Assembly (NCBI GenBank): GCA_963667035.1
Contig: OY762964.1
Location: 1,248,001 to 1,312,000, forward strand
Length of the DNA stretch: 64,000 nt
Reading direction: 5' to 3'
Source of the DNA: Candidatus Cloacimonadales bacterium
Lineage (GTDB): Bacteria > Cloacimonadota > Cloacimonadia > Cloacimonadales > JAFGVF01
Part shown: positions 17,806-27,722 of the stretch, one piece after another
Numbering within the stretch: position 1 is the stretch's first letter
Layout of the letters: each line of letters opens with the position of its first letter
The notes under the pieces: model-generated
Databases searched by the model: none
What the model saw: only the letters and a program-made list of their open reading frames with translations
What the model was told of the DNA's origin: nothing
Position numbers and translations under genes: made by a program

Positions 17806-20800
17806 ATGAAGAAGATTAATTCTGTTGTTATTCTTACATTATTGCTGAATCTACTAAGTGCAGCAACAATAAGAATGAGTTATAGTTTCAATGAACCTGA
17901 AATTGGAACTAATGGTAGTTATGATACTGTTAAACTGGAAGGAGGAATGAATATTGGCACTCCCGGAGAGCCATCACTTCCTTGGGTTGGTTCAAAACTA
18001 TATTTGGGTTCAGGAGTTGAGACTAATGAAATTAAAGTAGTAAAAAGATTACCTGTTAAACTGGAAGGGAATTATAACATAGAACCAATACAAGAGTTTT
18101 ATCCTCTTAGTCATGGTATAAATCCTGTTTTTACTGAACAGAATAATGATATATATAATGATAGTCGTCTATTCCCTTATGATGATTACAGAAATCTATC
18201 GACTCAATTCTTTGCAGGTCATTCCATTGGTTATGCCTCCTTCTCTCCTTTTGAGTATAATCCTGTTTCAGGAGAGCTTACTTATTATAGAAGCGTTACA
18301 GTAACAATGGAGACAACTTCATCAATTAGTGCTAGTAATTCATTAGCACTTTACAAAGATGATATTATTACATTAAGAAGACTCAAAAACTTGGTTGATA
18401 ATCCTTCAGATATACCTAATCCTCAGCTTGTAGCAGTTCCTAATGGATATGAGTATCTCATGATTATTGATGAGAATAAAGTAAATCAATGGCAACCTCT
18501 TATAAGTTTTTATGAGTCTAAAGCTGCTAGAATTGAATATATTACAGTTCAGGATGTTAACAGCAATACAGCCGGATCAGACCTCCAAGAAAAGATTAGA
18601 AATGCTATAATTAATGAATACACAACAAATAATATCTCTTATGTTTTACTTTGTGGTGACACAGATGTGATTCCTCATAGAGGTTTCTATGTTGATATGC
18701 AGGATGATAGTTACACAGATGCTGATATACCTGCTGATATATATTATGGTGCTTTGGATGGTAACTGGAATACTGACGGAGATAATTATTTTGGTGAAAA
18801 TCAAGAAGTTGACCTTGTTCAGGAAGTAGCTGTTGGACGTATCTGTTATAATAATGACATAGAGATTCAGAATGCAATTAACAAGATTCTGATGCATCAA
18901 ACAATCCCTGTAGAAGATGAAGTTGAAACTAATCTTATGGTTGGTGAATATTTATGGGATGCACCAACTTACGGTGGTGACTACATGGATGAAATGATTG
19001 GTGGATCTTCTATGACAGGATACACTACTATCGGTATTCCTACATCATGGGCAATTGATACAATCTACGACAGAGACCTTGGAGGAGACGGAAGCTGGGG
19101 CTCTAATACTATTATCAATGCCATTAATAACGGTTACAATTATATTAACCATTTAGGTCATTCTTCCACTACTTATACAATGAGACTAAGTAATAACCAT
19201 ATTAACGAATCAAACATAACTAATGATGGGACCAATCATAACTTTAGTACATTGTTTACCCAAGGTTGTTATGGTGGTGCTTTCGATAACAGAGAAACAA
19301 GTTCTGGCTATTATACGGATGATTGTATAACCGAAAGGTTTCAAGCTATAAGTACCGGTGTTGTTGCAATGCTATCTAACTCAAGATATGGATGGGGAAG
19401 CAATGGAAGCACTAATGGACCTTCTCAATATTATCATAGAGAGTTTATTGATGCTCTTTTCGGAGAAGGAATCAATGAGGTCGGCTGGGCTATAGCTGAT
19501 GCAAAAGCTGATGTTATACCATTTATTAATTCTGCAACTATGTATTGGTGTTTCTATGAAGTGAATCTTTTTGGTGACCCGGGAATGAGAGAATGGACAT
19601 CAACTCCTCAAACATTAAACATTCAACAAGTAGGAGACATTACCGGTGGTTCATTTATTGCTAACTTTGACATAGAAGTACCTAATTCCTCTGTTAGAAT
19701 ATTGGACGAAGGCGAGTTAATATACTTCGGGAACTCTGATGATTTTGGAATGGTACACGCTATAACCGATCAGCCTTTCTTACCGGGACAGTATCAGCTT
19801 ATAGTTGAAGCTGATAATTATTATGTTTCACATTACAATTTTAATGTGATTCCTTCTAATGAAGCTTATGTTACATGTACATCAATTGATTTTCATGATG
19901 AAGATGGTATCTTTACTTATGGTGATGTAATATCTATAAATATAGTAGTTGAGAATATTGGTACACAAACAACAAATTCAGATGGAGTAGTAACACTAAC
20001 CTCTCCTTCCAACCTTATAGAGATTGCTAATAATACTCTTGTAATTGATAATCTGACAGATGCACAATCTGTCACTATTGAGAATGCTTTCCAAGTAACT
20101 GTTGTTGGTTCATTCTCTGATTTAACAGACGTAGAACTTAACTTTACTACAAGTTTTAACAATAATATTGCTAACCATTCCAGTCATTTAACTCTTAATG
20201 CAGCTCATTTAAGATTAAGTAACTTAAACTTAGTAAGTGAAAACTATTTCATAGCACCAGGAGACGATGTAGAAGCATTCTTCACTTTTGAAAACAGTGG
20301 TTCTGCTCCGGCTAATAATGTTATGATTTTCTTAATGAATTCATCTCCTTATCTATCTTTCAGTACTACTGACTTAATTATAGATAACATTCCTATTGAC
20401 GGTACAAATTCGAACACTGTCCCCATTAACATTCATGTTGATGAAAGTTGTCCGATAGACACACAAATTGATGTTAACTACTTTGCAGGAGCTAATGGAG
20501 CAAATTCAATTGAAGATGTTATCAGTATCTATGTTAACTCCGGAATTTTCACTTTTGAACCAAGTGAACAAAACTTTATGAGCTACATAGTTACTCCTGA
20601 ATTTACTAATCAATGGCACCGTTCATCGGAAAGAAATTATACAAACAATGGTAGCTATAGTATGAAATACGGAGCAGATGGAGCAGGAGAATATGCTAAT
20701 AGTTCGCATGCTGCATTAGAGACTATGGAGATCGAGATTTTACCGGAGAGCCAGCTCAAGTTCTGGCACTGGATGCAAGCGGAAGATGATGCTAACTTAA

Positions 20801-21381
20801 TGGCATGGGATGGTGGTTTAGTCCAAATGTCAGTAGAAGGTGGAGCATGGCAAACTATTAATCCGGTCGGCAATTATCCATATATGATTACTGACAATCC
20901 GGCTTCTCCTTTCGATGCATATCAGGAATGCTTCTCAGGAACATTTGATTGGCAGGAAGCTGTCTTTAATCTTGGTAATACTGAGGGATTGGTTAAATTC
21001 AGATTTGTTTTTGGCAGTGATGGATATGTCGGTGGTGAGGGTTGGTACCTTGATGATATCACTATCTTTAACAGGACTCTTGGAAATGAAGAAGATGTGC
21101 AATTCTCTACATCAGTAAACAAACTATATGGTAACTATCCAAGTCCTTTTAATCCTACAACAACTATCTCTTTTTCTCTGAACGAAAGTGTTAAAGATGC
21201 TCAAATCGAGGTCTTCAATATTCGTGGACAAAAAAAACAAACTATTCCATTAAACCAAAACGCAATTAAAGCAAGAAGAGTAGTTTGGGAACCTAAAGAA
21301 CTTAGCTCAGGTGTCTACTTCTATCGTTTACAAGCAGATGGCAAAACCATCTCAACCAGAAAGACTATATTAATGAAATAA
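17806..21381 (+). CDS. Gingipain-like C25 cysteine peptidase with propeptide, accessory beta-sandwich domains and secretion-type C-terminal domain
   Basis: Signal peptide; GEPSLP propeptide; YVLLCGD, VGRI, NHLGHS (His) and QGCYGG (Cys); C-terminal NYPSPFNPTTTISF...SSGVYFYRL. Confidence 0.85.
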   Translation: MKKINSVVILTLLLNLLSAATIRMSYSFNEPEIGTNGSYDTVKLEGGMNIGTPGEPSLPWVGSKLYLGSGVETNEIKVVKRLPVKLEGNYNIEPIQEFYPLSHGINPVFTEQNNDIYNDSRLFPYDDYRNLSTQFFAGHSIGYASFSPFEYNPVSGELTYYRSVTVTMETTSSISASNSLALYKDDIITLRRLKNLVDNPSDIPNPQLVAVPNGYEYLMIIDENKVNQWQPLISFYESKAARIEYITVQDVNSNTAGSDLQEKIRNAIINEYTTNNISYVLLCGDTDVIPHRGFYVDMQDDSYTDADIPADIYYGALDGNWNTDGDNYFGENQEVDLVQEVAVGRICYNNDIEIQNAINKILMHQTIPVEDEVETNLMVGEYLWDAPTYGGDYMDEMIGGSSMTGYTTIGIPTSWAIDTIYDRDLGGDGSWGSNTIINAINNGYNYINHLGHSSTTYTMRLSNNHINESNITNDGTNHNFSTLFTQGCYGGAFDNRETSSGYYTDDCITERFQAISTGVVAMLSNSRYGWGSNGSTNGPSQYYHREFIDALFGEGINEVGWAIADAKADVIPFINSATMYWCFYEVNLFGDPGMREWTSTPQTLNIQQVGDITGGSFIANFDIEVPNSSVRILDEGELIYFGNSDDFGMVHAITDQPFLPGQYQLIVEADNYYVSHYNFNVIPSNEAYVTCTSIDFHDEDGIFTYGDVISINIVVENIGTQTTNSDGVVTLTSPSNLIEIANNTLVIDNLTDAQSVTIENAFQVTVVGSFSDLTDVELNFTTSFNNNIANHSSHLTLNAAHLRLSNLNLVSENYFIAPGDDVEAFFTFENSGSAPANNVMIFLMNSSPYLSFSTTDLIIDNIPIDGTNSNTVPINIHVDESCPIDTQIDVNYFAGANGANSIEDVISIYVNSGIFTFEPSEQNFMSYIVTPEFTNQWHRSSERNYTNNGSYSMKYGADGAGEYANSSHAALETMEIEILPESQLKFWHWMQAEDDANLMAWDGGLVQMSVEGGAWQTINPVGNYPYMITDNPASPFDAYQECFSGTFDWQEAVFNLGNTEGLVKFRFVFGSDGYVGGEGWYLDDITIFNRTLGNEEDVQFSTSVNKLYGNYPSPFNPTTTISFSLNESVKDAQIEVFNIRGQKKQTIPLNQNAIKARRVVWEPKELSSGVYFYRLQADGKTISTRKTILMK

Positions 21382-21398
21382 CTTATTTGCTTATATCC

Positions 21399-21431
21399 AA
21401 AAAGGCTGCTGACATTGTTAGCAGCCTTTTT
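21399..21431 (+). terminator. Intrinsic terminator (potentially bidirectional)
   Basis: AAAAAGGCTGCTGAC-ATT-GTTAGCAGCCTTTTT. Confidence 0.85.
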
Positions 21432-21484
21432 AATTGACAATAGTATTATCAATTCTTTCTTCAATCAGAGGTGTTTATAATATA

Positions 21485-22477
21485 ATGAATAAAAGATTCC
21501 ATATACTTTTAATTATTTCTTTACTAATAATTGCATGTGCTCCTAAAGTTGTTTCGGGAGATTTGTTTTTATTCTCAGAGATTGTCAATTTTGTAGATAG
21601 CTTTAAAATAGTTGGTTATAATTTATCTGAAAATCCTCCTGAAACTTATCTCATTAAAACTGATAATCAAGGAAAAGTTATTGATAAAAGACTGATAGGT
21701 AAATCACTATTTCTAAAAGACTCACATGCACTTGAGTTAAATACGGCATTGTTGTTTAACTCTTCTGATGGATATTCGGTTGTTGAACTTGTTAACAGTG
21801 ACGGGATAAAAGTGCAATCCAAGAGACTTGATTTCACGGCAGAAAAGCTTCTCCTCCATCCAAACGGAGGCTATGTTATACCGGGACATAAAAATGATGG
21901 GAAACCGATAGTAGTTACACTTGATGCTTTTTTTTATCCTTCAAAGATTATTGACTTGAATGGCGATTATCTAATGGATGCAGTTATGGTAAATAACCAA
22001 TTAGCTTATATAACAATGAACAAAAATACTAGAAAGTGTAGTATCTATAAAGGAAGCTCTGAATCCATTTACGAGTTTACTAATAATAGTGGCTACAATT
22101 GTGCTTTAACCACTATTGGAAACTTGATACAATTACATACTCAACAAAGTAAAAAAGAGATAAATATTACTAAATTCAATGTTCTTGATCGAATGATTAA
22201 TAATCAATCATATATAATAAAGAAATGTGATTTTTTTCAAGTATTCGTCTCTTCAGAATCTAAAATCTATTATTTAACTCAGTACTCTGATAAAAAAGGG
22301 AATTCTACTACAAATTTCTACACACTTTATGGAGATGATTTCTCGGAAGTCAAGTTCAAACAAGCCAAAAATGATATATACTCTTACCCTTTTGAAGTTA
22401 ACGGTACTGTATTCTCTACAGGTTATCATGTTGATATTAATGGAGCAAACCACAATGAAATTGTTGTCTTACCTTAG
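21485..22477 (+). CDS. Hypothetical lipoprotein (beta-rich)
   Basis: MNKRFHILLIISLLIIAC lipoprotein signal; start at 21485. Confidence 0.7.
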   Translation: MNKRFHILLIISLLIIACAPKVVSGDLFLFSEIVNFVDSFKIVGYNLSENPPETYLIKTDNQGKVIDKRLIGKSLFLKDSHALELNTALLFNSSDGYSVVELVNSDGIKVQSKRLDFTAEKLLLHPNGGYVIPGHKNDGKPIVVTLDAFFYPSKIIDLNGDYLMDAVMVNNQLAYITMNKNTRKCSIYKGSSESIYEFTNNSGYNCALTTIGNLIQLHTQQSKKEINITKFNVLDRMINNQSYIIKKCDFFQVFVSSESKIYYLTQYSDKKGNSTTNFYTLYGDDFSEVKFKQAKNDIYSYPFEVNGTVFSTGYHVDINGANHNEIVVLP

Positions 22478-23441
22478 CTTTTTATTTATACTCTTATCCC
22501 TTTTTGCTTGTACAAAAACTGTTGTGCCAAATGAAATATTGATGTACCAGAATATAGTGATGACTAGTGATGAAAGTGTTGCTATAGTTGCTTACGATAT
22601 ATCTAAGAAACCTTTTGAAACTCATTTGTTAATCACCGATTGGAATAACAATGTTAAGTATCAGAAGAATCTTGGAGACTCGCTTATATTTGTCGGTAGT
22701 TTTGAAAGTGATATTAATTTCAATATTGTATTATCATCTAAAAATGACTATAAAACATATATTATGCAGTTTGATGGTTTCGGAGTTATAAAAAACATCT
22801 CTACCCTATCTTTAAAAGCCGTTACAGTTAAGACTTCTAACAATAAAATCTTGCTTTGTGGACAATCAGCTTATAATGAACCGAGTTTGATTGTTCTGGA
22901 TAGAAAAAAGAATATTGTTGAAAATAGTGTAATTATAGGGTCAAGCATAAGAGATTGTGCAAGCCTAAATGATTCATACTTTGCCTTAGTTTATGATTCA
23001 GAAGCATCAAAAGCAACAGTTTATAATAAGAGAGAACTTTTGTATTCTTTTGAATGTAACGAGAATGAAGTTACGAAACTTACTCCTTATCATAATAACT
23101 TAAGGTTACATTACCTGACAGATTCAGGAATGTTAAAAATAATTGATATCTCTCCTCTTGGTAATGTGATTAGTTCAGTGGAATTAGAATTGAGCTTGGC
23201 AACTAATTTTACAGTTGTTAATAACAATAGCGTTAATTACTATTCGGTAATTCATAAATCAGATTCAGGTCCTTCATACACCAAAGTATATAAACTTGAT
23301 AAAGAAAACCTAATTGACATTACTTTTAATCTAGGTAATCCAACTTTAGCACGATTATACACCAAGAACAACCATGTTATAAGCTGTACTTTCAAATTAA
23401 CCGAAAGTGAACCTCTCAACGGATTCTCATTAATCCGGTAA
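22455..23441 (+). CDS. Hypothetical lipoprotein, paralog of the upstream gene
   Basis: MKLLSYLSFLFILLSLFAC lipoprotein signal; N-terminal similarity to the upstream protein; SD GGAG. Confidence 0.7.
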   Translation: MKLLSYLSFLFILLSLFACTKTVVPNEILMYQNIVMTSDESVAIVAYDISKKPFETHLLITDWNNNVKYQKNLGDSLIFVGSFESDINFNIVLSSKNDYKTYIMQFDGFGVIKNISTLSLKAVTVKTSNNKILLCGQSAYNEPSLIVLDRKKNIVENSVIIGSSIRDCASLNDSYFALVYDSEASKATVYNKRELLYSFECNENEVTKLTPYHNNLRLHYLTDSGMLKIIDISPLGNVISSVELELSLATNFTVVNNNSVNYYSVIHKSDSGPSYTKVYKLDKENLIDITFNLGNPTLARLYTKNNHVISCTFKLTESEPLNGFSLIR

Positions 23442-23650
23442 AAGAATAACAGAAGCTACTCCTTTCATTAATTGTTTGGGATATATTAACTTTTTAGTAA
23501 TCTATGCAACTAAATAATGCCAAAGTTCACATTACTTGGTATGCTGAAAGTTAATAATGATATAGAAAGTTATTAAGATTACACTGTTTTATTCTTGACA
23601 GATTGTCATTTTCCCAAAGAATTCATCTAAATTCAGGAAAGAAGGGTTTC

Positions 23651-23995
23651 ATGGGAAATTACAGTAATATTAGAGTGTTAGAGCCTGAAGATTTATCTGG
23701 AGTTAGCGAGAACTTTAAGGTAAAGATGGAACAAATGGGTATGGTTCCCTACGAAAAAGATGGCAGAGTGAAATGGGGGAATAAATCTCAAGTAACATAT
23801 TTAAAGAGTTTAGATACAAATACAGGACGTAAGATTGTTAAAATGATTGATAACAATCAACTTCCTCCATCGTTAAGGAGGAACAAAGGGAAGTTTGCGA
23901 AAGCTCTATCTAAGATTTCAGTACAGTACTATGTATTGATTGTTCTTAGTATTCTCTTAGGATTTTTGTACTTGTATTTAAATTATTTAGCTTAA
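23651..23995 (+). CDS. Hypothetical protein with C-terminal TM anchor
   Basis: ATG at 23651; hydrophobic C-terminus; first gene of the surE operon. Confidence 0.7.
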   Translation: MGNYSNIRVLEPEDLSGVSENFKVKMEQMGMVPYEKDGRVKWGNKSQVTYLKSLDTNTGRKIVKMIDNNQLPPSLRRNKGKFAKALSKISVQYYVLIVLSILLGFLYLYLNYLA

Positions 23996-24003
23996 GGATA
24001 TTA

Positions 24004-25299
24004 ATGAAAATACTTTTAACTAATGATGATGGAATCAATGCACCCGGAATTGTAATACTTGGGGAGCATTTAGTTAATGCAGGACACGATGTGTCTTATG
24101 TAGCACCTTCTGAACAGAAGAGTGCTTCTTCACATTCTATAACACTTTTTAAAGATATTGTTCTTACTAAGATTGAAGATAAGAAGTGGTCAGTATCAGG
24201 GACACCTGCAGACTGCATGGTTGTTGCAGCACAATATGTTTTGGACAGCAGTTTTGACTTAGTAATTTCGGGTATAAACGGTGGGCAAAATATGGGAGAA
24301 GATATATTCTATTCCGGTACTGTTGCCGCAGCTGCCGAAGCTTCATTTCAAGGTTATAAATCTGTTGCTATATCTATTGATACTTATCAAAACCAGAAGT
24401 ATGAGACTGCCGCAAAAATAATGGTTGATTTATTGGACAATGGTATTCGCGACATGATTAGTGATAATCACGTCTTAAACGTAAATGTTCCTAATATTGA
24501 TTATTCAGAAATCCGAGGTATTAAAGTCACTAGAAGCGGTAATAGATCTTATACTAATTTCTTGCGAGTTCAATCTCAGACAGAAACAGAGATGATTTAT
24601 CAAGTTGGTGGAGACTATCCTGATTGGTGTCTTCAACCTGGAACTGACTCCTTAGCTATTAAAAACAATTATATTTCAATCACTCCGCTTAAATTTGACT
24701 TGAACGAACTAAGCTTTCATCATGAGTTAAAAGACTGGAAATATAGATTTAATGATAAGTATACTGATAAGAAACCTATTCTGGAACCGGGCAAGAAACT
24801 GGATGTAAAGCGAACTGCTCAGAATATAACTGAGAAGGTTAAATCTATTGCAGTAGAATCCCCTGAAGAAAAAAAACTCAGAAAGATTCCTTTCTTTTCA
24901 AAGCTTACAACTATCCAATTGAAAAAACTATATACTTACTGTCATGTTAGACATTACAAAGCTGGTGAGATTATTTTTAAAGATAATCATCCCATCGTAG
25001 CTCTCTATATTATTCAAGAGGGAGAAGTCGCTATATATAAAGCTGAGGATATGGAGAACGCCGAGAAGATTTATACTAAAAATCAAACTCTTGGTGTTGT
25101 TGAAATGTTCAGTGGAGTAAAAAGGATGAATACTGCTGTTGCGAGTACAAACTGTACTCTCCTATCAATATCAAAGAGTGATTTCAATGAATTCCTTAAC
25201 AGAGACCCTAGAGCTGGTGCAAAAATACTGTTCGGTATAAGTAAATCATTCAGCCAATTCATTGTTAACAATAATTTCTTCTTTTTAAGAGAGGACTAA
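24004..25299 (+). CDS. surE: SurE 5'/3'-nucleotidase fused to a C-terminal cyclic-nucleotide-binding domain
   Basis: ILLTNDDG, SGTPADC, SGINGGQN and YSGTV; C-terminal GEIIF..LYIIQEGEV..R...AVA cNMP-domain pattern in the same ORF. Confidence 0.88.
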   Translation: MKILLTNDDGINAPGIVILGEHLVNAGHDVSYVAPSEQKSASSHSITLFKDIVLTKIEDKKWSVSGTPADCMVVAAQYVLDSSFDLVISGINGGQNMGEDIFYSGTVAAAAEASFQGYKSVAISIDTYQNQKYETAAKIMVDLLDNGIRDMISDNHVLNVNVPNIDYSEIRGIKVTRSGNRSYTNFLRVQSQTETEMIYQVGGDYPDWCLQPGTDSLAIKNNYISITPLKFDLNELSFHHELKDWKYRFNDKYTDKKPILEPGKKLDVKRTAQNITEKVKSIAVESPEEKKLRKIPFFSKLTTIQLKKLYTYCHVRHYKAGEIIFKDNHPIVALYIIQEGEVAIYKAEDMENAEKIYTKNQTLGVVEMFSGVKRMNTAVASTNCTLLSISKSDFNEFLNRDPRAGAKILFGISKSFSQFIVNNNFFFLRED

Positions 25300-26360
25300 T
25301 GAAAATAGCCAGGATAATCTTCTATATCCTGCTTGCACTTTTAATAGTAGCCGGATTATTCTTTTATCAGACTGTGATCAGATATGTTGTAGCAGCAACA
25401 ATCTTTGCATATATTTTAAATCCGGTTGTTCTCTTTCTTGAAGGAAGAGGATTGAGTAGAGTAAAGTCAATTGTATGCGTTTACATTGCCTTAGGTATGA
25501 TTATCGGGTGGAGTATTTATTTCCTTATACCGGTTCTTATAGATCAAGCGATAAGCGTTGTTGACGCTATAAAAGGAACTGCAGAAACAGGGGCTTTTGA
25601 TTTTAACAAGATACCAATTGTTGTTAGATTCGAAGAGAATGTAAAGAATCTTCAAGAGATGATTCCTATGCTTGATATTGACCCTTACTTAGAACAGATA
25701 GGTAATTTACTCAAGAAGTTTTTACTCAACGCTCCTCAACTTCTGATTGATTACTCAGCTAGTGTAATTAAAGCTTTCTCCTTTATTGCTACAATGCCAA
25801 TTATGGGATTTTTCCTACTCAAGGATTGGCATAAGTTTAAGAAATCTATTTTTACTATTATACCTAATAGATATATGGAACTAACAATGCACTTGTTTAC
25901 AAAGACTGATCAGATTGTCGGTAGATATCTGAGAGCATTATTAGTAGAAATTGCAATTATAGCAACTTTAGCTTCAATTGTACTTACAATAATTGGCGTG
26001 AAATACTCGGTACTAATTGGTACTCTCGCTGGTATTGCAAATGTTATTCCCTATCTTGGACCCTGGATGGGGATTATTTTTGCAGTACTGTCAGTTGTTA
26101 TTACAGGTAAAGAAGCAATATTTATTTTACTGACTGTTTTGGGTATGTGGTTTGTACAAATTATAGATAATAATTTTGTCTATCCTATTGTTATAGGAAA
26201 GAATACGGAGATGCACCCTCTAATCATATTATTGACGGTTATGGCAGGTGGTTGGGCTTTTGGCTTGACAGGAATGCTGTTCTCCGTTCCCGTTGTTTAT
26301 TTAATTTACGGTATTGTCAGAGAACTTTACAAACAATTAAAGGAATTTGAAATTATATAA
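25299..26360 (+). CDS. AI-2E (PerM/UPF0118) family transporter
   Basis: AYILNP, IPYLGP, HPLIILL and GMLFSVP motifs; multiple TM segments. Confidence 0.88.
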   Translation: MKIARIIFYILLALLIVAGLFFYQTVIRYVVAATIFAYILNPVVLFLEGRGLSRVKSIVCVYIALGMIIGWSIYFLIPVLIDQAISVVDAIKGTAETGAFDFNKIPIVVRFEENVKNLQEMIPMLDIDPYLEQIGNLLKKFLLNAPQLLIDYSASVIKAFSFIATMPIMGFFLLKDWHKFKKSIFTIIPNRYMELTMHLFTKTDQIVGRYLRALLVEIAIIATLASIVLTIIGVKYSVLIGTLAGIANVIPYLGPWMGIIFAVLSVVITGKEAIFILLTVLGMWFVQIIDNNFVYPIVIGKNTEMHPLIILLTVMAGGWAFGLTGMLFSVPVVYLIYGIVRELYKQLKEFEII

Positions 26361-26372
26361 AGGTTGTAATTT

Positions 26373-27551
26373 ATGGCGTTATTTGACAAGTGCAATCAAT
26401 TTACTGCTGCTAAAGATTTAATTTCAGCAGGATTTTATCCATATTTCAGAGAAATATCCTCAGAGCAGGACACTGAAGTAATCTGTAATGGGCAAAAGAT
26501 GCTAATGCTTGGTTCTAATAGCTATTTAGGACTGACAAATCATCCTAAAGTTAAAGAAGCATCTATTGAAGCTGTGAAGAAATATGGTACAGGTTGTGCC
26601 GGTTCAAGGTTCTTAAACGGAACACTTGATATTCATCTCGAATTGGAAGAAGAACTGGCTAAATACGTTGGAAAGGAAGCAGCTCTTGCTTATCCGACAG
26701 GTTATCAATCAAATGTTGGTTGCATTTCAGCACTTGTTGGTAAAGGCGATTTCGTTATAACCGACAAATATGATCATGCTTCCATTATTGACGGCTGTCG
26801 CTTATCATTCGGTAAAATGGAAAGATTCACTCATAATGATATGAAGAGTCTTGAACTAATTCTAAAAAAGATTGAAGGTAAGAACTCTCTTATTGTTGTT
26901 GATGGCATTTTCTCAATGGAAGGTGATATAGCCAATATCGAGGAAATCGTCAAGCTAGCTAAAGCTAATAATGCTGAAGTTATGGTTGATGAAGCTCACT
27001 CTTTAGGAGTATTAGGTCACTTAGGGGCAGGAGCAGCTGATGCTAGTGGTGTTAAGGATGATGTTGCGATTCTTATGGGAACATTCAGTAAGTCTTTAGC
27101 CTCTATCGGTGGTTTTATTGCCGCAGATAATGAGACTATTCATTATCTTAAACATCATTCCAGAGCTTTAATATTTAGTGCCTCTCTCCCACCTGCATCC
27201 GCAGCTAGTGTTCTGGCAGCTTTAAAGATCATTCAAAGTGAGCCGGAAAGAATCGACAGACTCTGGGAGAATACTCGTCACATGTTGAATAGCTTTAAAA
27301 GTATGGGATATAACACAGGCGATTCTTGTACTCCGGTTATTCCTCTCCACATTGGTGATTCCATGAAAACAATGCAAATGTGGAAATACCTCGCAGAAGA
27401 AGGTGTATTCATCAATCCTGTATTACCTCCTGCAGTACCTCCATCACAATGTATTATAAGAACAAGCTTCATGGCAACACATACAATTGAGCAACTGGAT
27501 TTTGCTCTTGATAAGTTTGAGAAAGTTGGGAAAAAGCTAAATATAATATAA
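26373..27551 (+). CDS. spt: Alpha-oxoamine synthase, most like bacterial serine palmitoyltransferase
   Basis: YPYFR, GSNSYLGLTNHP, GTGCAGSRFLNGTLDIH, DHASIIDG, DEAHS and GTFSKS (PLP Lys). Confidence 0.7.
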   Translation: MALFDKCNQFTAAKDLISAGFYPYFREISSEQDTEVICNGQKMLMLGSNSYLGLTNHPKVKEASIEAVKKYGTGCAGSRFLNGTLDIHLELEEELAKYVGKEAALAYPTGYQSNVGCISALVGKGDFVITDKYDHASIIDGCRLSFGKMERFTHNDMKSLELILKKIEGKNSLIVVDGIFSMEGDIANIEEIVKLAKANNAEVMVDEAHSLGVLGHLGAGAADASGVKDDVAILMGTFSKSLASIGGFIAADNETIHYLKHHSRALIFSASLPPASAASVLAALKIIQSEPERIDRLWENTRHMLNSFKSMGYNTGDSCTPVIPLHIGDSMKTMQMWKYLAEEGVFINPVLPPAVPPSQCIIRTSFMATHTIEQLDFALDKFEKVGKKLNII

Positions 27552-27570
27552 AATCTTAATTGAATCATAG

Positions 27571-27598
27571 AAAAGTCCGCATTTTGCGGACTTTTTTT
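27571..27598 (+). terminator. Intrinsic terminator
   Basis: AAAAGTCCGCA-TT-TTGCGGACTTTTTTT. Confidence 0.85.
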
Positions 27599-27694
27599 AT
27601 TATAAATTTGGTTCACAATTGCTTTATATCACCTTTTGAATATGTTGTTACTCAAAGCTAACAATTCTGTTGACAGGATATATAGCCTAAACAT

Positions 27695-27710
27695 GTTAGC
27701 AAAAACTAAC
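27695..27710. promoter_or_regulatory. Putative DtxR/MntR-family operator
   Basis: Palindrome GTTAG-CAAAAA-CTAAC between TTGACA (27670) and the SD of the regulator gene. Confidence 0.55.
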
Positions 27711-27722
27711 TTAGGAGTTTTA

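Noticed and set aside
23485..23576. Imperfect inverted and direct repeats (ATTAACTTT / AAAGTTAAT)
   Set aside because: Short and AT-rich; compatible with chance in this base composition
27609..27623. Sigma54-like motif TGGTTCACAATTGCT
   Set aside because: The GG-to-GC spacing is one base short of the strict requirement
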